A DNA stretch of 56,368 bases, from positions 1 through 56,368 of IMG/VR virus record IMGVR_UViG_3300032323_000661. One strand, given 5' to 3'. The position numbers and the translations under genes are program-made. Shown piece by piece: positions 52,101 to 56,368 of the stretch. This DNA is from a virus. Lineage: Duplodnaviria > Caudoviricetes. The notes below the pieces were generated by a model that saw nothing but the letters and a program-made list of their open reading frames with translations, was not told the DNA's origin and did no database searches. How positions within the stretch are numbered: position 1 is the first letter of the stretch; the number at the start of each line of letters is the position of its first letter.

Positions 52101-53583
52101 TATCGCCGATTTGCGCACCACCAGTGTTGGTGAGGTTCACCCCTGCATTGATAAGGCCGAGAACATCGCCGCGATCTGCGGCATCCTTCAGATTCGACAC
52201 CCGATTAACGGTCTGCAGCGTCGATGCTAGGCCAGCGGGCAGCATATTACCCACACCGGGAATTCCGAGCAGCGAAGTCAGTGCACCGATTTTGTTGCCT
52301 TGATCCAATGCAATGGCGGCATTCGCAGCGGCGGCAAAGGGTGCCAGCCCCGGGACGAATTGCGCGATAGTGAGGAGTGGAGCGATTAAGCCGAGGCTGC
52401 TGGAGGATTGACCGAAAGTGCTGAATGCTGGTTTGCCAGTCGCCGGATCGATCGTGAGCGTGTAGAATGTACCACCCGGGCCGGTGTAAGTCGAGCCTAT
52501 GCGCAGCTGCGAGGAGTCGGAGACCGTTTTGCCATCAGGTCCCACGATGCCTTTACCCACAACGGTGGTGATTGGCTCGTAGGTGGTGTAGGTTCCCTCC
52601 CCATCGGACACTTCACGAGTCTTGACCTGCGCGGCCTCCTCGGGTGTCAGATCGCGGGAGAACGTGTAATTGCCCTCGCTATCGTTGCCGTAATAAGCGC
52701 GGTATCCGGTGATCTGGCCATCTTCACCGATCACAGGCACTACGTTCGCCTGACCCATGATATCGCCGTACTTGAGTTGGGACAGGCTCGTCACGCCTTT
52801 GTTCAGCAACTGTGCTGCAGCGTCGAGGAACACCTGACCGACTGCCGTGGTGTTGTCACCGAACAGCTTGCGGGCCTCTTCCGCTGCAAAGCCGATGTTG
52901 CCGCCGACTTCCCCATACACACCACCTTGCAGAGCGCCATCGGAGGTAGCGCCCGCTAACTCTCTCGCGAGGCTCAGCAGCTCGTCGCCTTGATACACCT
53001 GCCCAGTGTGATAGGTGAGGGTTAGTGGTGCTTCAGCAGCTGTCGCCTGTGTCGCCTGACTCAGAGCTCCAGCCGGAGCCACTCGACCCTCATTCACACC
53101 GAACATCTGGTAGTGCGTTTGCGCGAACTGGTCCGGCGTCATGCCTTGAGTGTTGCGCATGTACTCCGCTGCCACATCCGGGTTCGCTGCGAAGTACGGG
53201 TTGTAATTGGTGCCGGTAGCGGTGGACTCCACGCCTTTAGCCACATTCTCGGCCACGGCACGCTGGAAGATAGCGGCCTCGTTCGCGTCCACATCAGCGC
53301 CGAATTGGTTGCGCCAGTAATCCAGCCCACCGGGGTCGGAGCCACGACCGGCGTACTGGGTGTACAGTTGCTCGATAGGATCGACAGTCGCCTGTTGCAA
53401 CGCACCCGCTGCTGGCTGCACTGCATCATAGCGGGACTGCACATCGGCCACATTCAACCCGGTGGCTGCAGCCATTTGGGCGGGTGTTACTTTGAACTCG
53501 TTCATCGCCGCAGCGATAGCCGCGTCAGTTAACCCAGGATTCGCCGCCAAATATGAGGTGATTTGTTCGTTAGATACAGCCAT
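49138..53583 (-). CDS. Very large mosaic virion protein (1481 aa)
   Basis: DUF4214-like LY....GR..D.GGLDYW, YFAANPDV...HY..FG..EGR, T/N/V-rich tract, C-terminal G.G.GQ.D.IPA.L.DGEYV domain. Confidence 0.7.
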   Translation of the reverse strand: MAVSNEQITSYLAANPGLTDAAIAAAMNEFKVTPAQMAAATGLNVADVQSRYDAVQPAAGALQQATVDPIEQLYTQYAGRGSDPGGLDYWRNQFGADVDANEAAIFQRAVAENVAKGVESTATGTNYNPYFAANPDVAAEYMRNTQGMTPDQFAQTHYQMFGVNEGRVAPAGALSQATQATAAEAPLTLTYHTGQVYQGDELLSLARELAGATSDGALQGGVYGEVGGNIGFAAEEARKLFGDNTTAVGQVFLDAAAQLLNKGVTSLSQLKYGDIMGQANVVPVIGEDGQITGYRAYYGNDSEGNYTFSRDLTPEEAAQVKTREVSDGEGTYTTYEPITTVVGKGIVGPDGKTVSDSSQLRIGSTYTGPGGTFYTLTIDPATGKPAFSTFGQSSSSLGLIAPLLTIAQFVPGLAPFAAAANAAIALDQGNKIGALTSLLGIPGVGNMLPAGLASTLQTVNRVSNLKDAADRGDVLGLINAGVNLTNTGGAQIGDTGYTVGQALNAVDFANAVRSGDVNAITRAVSSVISANRPTTGEGGITNRVYDDTIVQAGADAFIRAKEAGMTDEEAYAAANVVTGVQVNPIDAGGPNLSSSTTYTGAANTVDTNWGDLDTAVDTQARNTQIERLATEFERTTGRTLDKVSENEIAAMGITMRGMPLDQLQKLSVQDLINRTPTIVGKDDQGRWLDSEGYSYDDKGLRYAPGSNVPGVEIVGGTPVDASGNAINFTTRMDTAGNDLANWANSLEGTSGDVVRQTLSTILGAGGEQIADIGTAFSNMGFADRYNVLVQLGQSLERTGQNLEIPGVTEATRNFWNNVQGAETYSGKVAAALKSVVDNPLVLTQVAKEGLQEVAPLVTGGAVFKLIGKGAGIATDVLLNAAESMGSSSRQKFNEEIAKGTPVDQAERLANADGWKAFAITTGTAGLADASLIKGYEKAMEKIVGRVTSSTSREFVQEGAEELAIALATGDDLPTALSKSVAGSLFGAKTSGSMTAATSIQSDIEQAFAAEGLTSTDGTFRPGTIVASSDTGAGNVIADSNTTATVQNVNNVITDSATLNGDTAQAVNVAVTDGVSSGADTKSVVDASIGSALNNGVDSTVAVGNTVSAAIDAGADLNITVSNAVNTATNNGVNASTAVAAAVNSATTTGANSNAATNAATTTDTGSNVTVSTNVNNNTGVNTTVATDTNTNTQTTVSTNVNTDTTTTTVVNIDTGEERVTVTDGTGTTRVVTPDVVTSGGDVVTGGDGTSTSSTAGPGSTTRSPRRQPTGGRRAQSVLAGAAAAPTGRYTPTSPEETWTGGMFRDNVPTAPDLAALAALFGFTPAAQESSAISALQRASGITPTQRAPGPDYFSYGRESSPSEVMGQYRAGGTVQNYASGGKIMASPLMAAAGGDVSHKGSHYVEGAGGGQDDLIPAKLADGEYVFDAEIVAALGDGSNKEGAKKLDAMREAIRRHKRGGSVKTIPPKAKSPLQYLKEATR

Positions 53584-53829
53584 TTATACCCCGCTGGAAG
53601 GACTCAAGGTGTTGACCACACTAACCGCCCATTCTTGCCAATCGTCGAAGTTGTACGGGTCGGGCATCGCATCCTTGGCGAATAGATCGATTCCGACAAA
53701 TCCTGCGGCCCAGCCTTTCCAGTTCTCCTCACCATCCGGGATCGAAAGATTCTGAGTCGCGTACGCTTCGCACATAAGCGACGCCCATGAATCCCAAGTC
53801 TGGTGGCGTGGATCGTAGGCAACCGTCAT
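53584..53829 (-). CDS. Small Trp-rich tail-associated protein
   Basis: MTVAYDPR...W..W...PDPY.F.DWQEWA; TGATG overlap. Confidence 0.7.
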   Translation of the reverse strand: MTVAYDPRHQTWDSWASLMCEAYATQNLSIPDGEENWKGWAAGFVGIDLFAKDAMPDPYNFDDWQEWAVSVVNTLSPSSGV

Positions 53830-55829
53830 CAGTAACCCCGCACGTCGCCCTCGTCGGCGCTGAGAATGATGCGGCCACACTGGTAATCGCCGCCTTCTTG
53901 GTTCGACACGAAAAGCAGTCGCAACTCGCGGCGCTGCTGGCGAATGTCGATCTTGTTCGTCGTGGCGTCGAACACGTACGCTTGCGAAGTGTCGTCTTCG
54001 GACTGTGCATAAGGGCGACCGACCACGTACATGGTCATCTCGCCTTCGAGAATGAAATCCGGCTCGACCCGCTCGACGTGCAACCAGACGTTGTTACCCA
54101 CTGCCGTAGGCTCCGAAGGGCCACCGGAGACCCACCCGAGATCGTTCGTCTCGAAGTAGGACTCAATCGCCGAGGCCCGAGTATTGCGCACAGCGTCCAC
54201 GCCGAATTCGTGCTGCCACAGAGAGACGAATGTTTCGAGTATATCTATCGTGAGCGCAAATCCAGACCCTGTGCCGCCGACACTGGAGGGCGCGACGCCC
54301 AAAACGTCGCCGACCGTGTAATTCACACCTTGGTTCTGGATCGTGCAGGATGTGACCACCCCACCCGCCACCACAATCGTGGCCGTCACCCCGGAGCCTG
54401 TACCACCTGTAAGCGGAACGTAAGGGTACGTGCCGTTGGTGTAGCCTGTGCCGGGATTCGTGATCGTCGTGTTGCTCACCCCGCCCACCGCGTTCGGCTC
54501 CCAGCCACCCGCCACCGGGAAGCGGAACACCTGCGAGAAATAGCCCGCCGAGCGGCGTGCACCAAGGGCCTCACCGGCGTCGTACCAGCAATTCTCACGG
54601 ATGTTGTACACGATCGCATCGTTGCACTCGACGGAATCGCCCCGGGGGTAGTACCACCAAATCTCGCCGTATCGCGGCACTTTGGTTGCCCACACCTTTT
54701 GGCGCTGTGCGTAATTCAGATTGTCGAAGAAGTAATTCTGGTTGAACGCGTTCGGGATCTCTTTCGCCACACCGTTGTACAGCATGAATCGGTCGGTGCC
54801 GATCCAGTAGTAAATACCGTCGTACTCGATAACGCAGGAGGAGGACAGGATCGAGGACTGGCTCGTGATGATGTCGTAGCGCCAGTATTGCGTAACCGCT
54901 GTGCCGCCGATCGTAACGGTCGTGGGGTTGTAGCTCACGCGGATGAGGCTGTCGAGACTCCAGAACAGGCCCGAGGGTGAGTTGGAACCACCACGCACGG
55001 GCAGGCCCTTGACGATCTTGCCGGTCGCTACGTTCTCGGCGTTCGCGTCAGCCGATACCCAGTCCTGCGAGTTGCCCGCCGCGCAATTGCGGATCAATCC
55101 GTCATTGCCATAGGCGAAGATGTAGGGGTGTAGCACCACCACACCACCCGACACGTCGATCTGATTGTCGAACGTCGCCGCCACGGTGCCCGCTGGGACC
55201 GCATTCGAGAGCGTCACGGAAGTACCGACGACCGATATCACTGTGGTGTTGGGGGGAATGGTCGTCCCAGTGACGAGCTGCCCCGCTCCGATCAGCGGGT
55301 TCGCTGCGGCGATTGTGACCACGGCTGTGCCGGTCGAGACGATCGATTGCGGGAAGGTGCCGATGGCCGATACGGAAGCGCCGCCGAAGCTGCCGCCGAG
55401 CACCGGAGTGTCGGTCGTGCTGTCGATGTCGGACAGATTCTGCCCAGGGTGCGCCAGCAGGATCGTCTGGCCACCACCGAAAGAGTCGGTGAAGGTGTCG
55501 AACTGCCAGAGGTTGTTGTCGTTGGGTGTGAAATCGGACGCGGCGATGTAGTTCACGCCAGCGCCGAGACCATTGGCGTCCACGATCAGCTGCTGCAACC
55601 CGTCGCGGTAGCCGTTGATAATGAAGTTGAATCCGTTCTGTGGGCTCACGTACAGACCACGCGAGGGTCCGGCCATATCGGGCACGATTTCCCGGTAGCC
55701 ACCCATCTTGCGGGGGCGTCCGCGCTGGAAGCGCATCCAACGACCGTCGGTGTAGAACTGCTTGTCGAACAGCGTGCCGTCCCGCTGCACTCCGGGCTTC
55801 GTGTCGAGCGCGAAGACCTTAGTAGCCAT
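53829..55829 (-). CDS. Tail nozzle / tail tubular B-like protein
   Basis: 666 aa; PG..RDGT...RFQRGRPRK.GG N-terminus, beta-propeller-like body, EIWWYYP. Confidence 0.7.
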   Translation of the reverse strand: MATKVFALDTKPGVQRDGTLFDKQFYTDGRWMRFQRGRPRKMGGYREIVPDMAGPSRGLYVSPQNGFNFIINGYRDGLQQLIVDANGLGAGVNYIAASDFTPNDNNLWQFDTFTDSFGGGQTILLAHPGQNLSDIDSTTDTPVLGGSFGGASVSAIGTFPQSIVSTGTAVVTIAAANPLIGAGQLVTGTTIPPNTTVISVVGTSVTLSNAVPAGTVAATFDNQIDVSGGVVVLHPYIFAYGNDGLIRNCAAGNSQDWVSADANAENVATGKIVKGLPVRGGSNSPSGLFWSLDSLIRVSYNPTTVTIGGTAVTQYWRYDIITSQSSILSSSCVIEYDGIYYWIGTDRFMLYNGVAKEIPNAFNQNYFFDNLNYAQRQKVWATKVPRYGEIWWYYPRGDSVECNDAIVYNIRENCWYDAGEALGARRSAGYFSQVFRFPVAGGWEPNAVGGVSNTTITNPGTGYTNGTYPYVPLTGGTGSGVTATIVVAGGVVTSCTIQNQGVNYTVGDVLGVAPSSVGGTGSGFALTIDILETFVSLWQHEFGVDAVRNTRASAIESYFETNDLGWVSGGPSEPTAVGNNVWLHVERVEPDFILEGEMTMYVVGRPYAQSEDDTSQAYVFDATTNKIDIRQQRRELRLLFVSNQEGGDYQCGRIILSADEGDVRGY

Positions 55830-56245
55830 TAGAACACCCCACCGGAGATACCCCCGATAAAGTTCCCTGTACCCGGTGACCTAATTCCGGTGGTGTTCAC
55901 CTCCAGCATCAGATTCCCGAGGACGGTAATACCGAACTGGCCAAGGCCCACACGGTACACACCGGTGTTGGTCTCCAGCGCGAACTGCAAAGAGGGCGAT
56001 CCGACGTTGCCGTCGGTCAGCTGGATCACCGTCGCACCGGCTTGGAAGGTGTTCGCGTTCAGGAAGTTAGTGCCATCGCAAATCAGCGTAGCTTGCCCTC
56101 CGGGCGGGATCTGCGCCGTAGCGCTTCCGACGACCCCGGTGGTTACGGTCAGGGTGCGGCCACCCGCCACCGTCTGGTTCGAGATCACGTACAGGTTCAC
56201 CACGGGTGGGTAGTTGACCACTACGTTACCGGTGAGAGTGCCCGT
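55829..56245 (-). CDS. 3' part of the tail protein that starts at 822
   Basis: In frame across the circular overlap; contains DG..GSPSL.F..ETNTG.Y fibre motif. Confidence 0.85.
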   Translation of the reverse strand, partial: TGTLTGNVVVNYPPVVNLYVISNQTVAGGRTLTVTTGVVGSATAQIPPGGQATLICDGTNFLNANTFQAGATVIQLTDGNVGSPSLQFALETNTGVYRVGLGQFGITVLGNLMLEVNTTGIRSPGTGNFIGGISGGVF

Positions 56246-56368
56246 GAACTTCTGGATGTTGTTCGCCGCCTCGCTGGCAGTCAGCGTGTAGCTACCAGTC
56301 ACTACGGGCTTGGTCAGCACGGTGAATGCGAAATTCGTGCTTACGCCGTAGCCCACCGTGATGTAGGA
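56246..56368. repeat. Copy of bases 1-123
   Basis: Exact identity with the window start. Confidence 0.97.

Noticed and set aside
1-56368. Avoidance of GC-only restriction sites as a Z-genome signature
   Set aside because: GGCC, CCGG and GCGC are abundant by eye; a subtle bias would need k-mer statistics that I cannot run.
1-56368. Temperate lifestyle, DGR or retron
   Set aside because: No integrase, repressor, partition or reverse transcriptase motifs were recognised.

Overview
The window appears to be a complete, circularly permuted dsDNA tailed-phage genome of about 56.2 kb. Bases 1-123 repeat exactly at 56246-56368, and one tail gene reads through that junction. Every credible gene is on the minus strand. 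Modules in transcription order: (i) replication and nucleotide metabolism (44.0-31.2 kb): AEP primase, SNF2 and UvrD-type helicases, two putative ssDNA-binding proteins and a complete 2-aminoadenine (Z) genome cluster, dpoZ-purZ-mazZ-orf-datZ; (ii) small accessory genes behind repeated sigma70-type promoters (31.1-24.7 kb); (iii) terminase, a large polyvalent-type protein, portal, GroES, scaffold and major capsid (24.1-11 kb); (iv) short-tail (podovirus-like) adaptor, fibre, lysis and nozzle genes, then four probable ejection proteins (11 kb through the junction to 44.5 kb). No integrase, repressor or CRISPR array was seen. The strongest inference is that virion DNA carries Z instead of A. Less obvious signals: two homologous ~250-bp iteron-rich elements in inverted orientation bracketing the early/replication block, a degenerate tRNA-like element, an Acb2/Tad1-like sponge, an unannotated secreted 6-Cys peptide, a T4-T-like holin, a recurrent [YFML]xxGG motif in virion proteins, a 19-bp gene-junction repeat and candidate overprinted +1-frame genes. 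All family calls come from motif recognition by eye and recalled reference sequences; no database searches were run.
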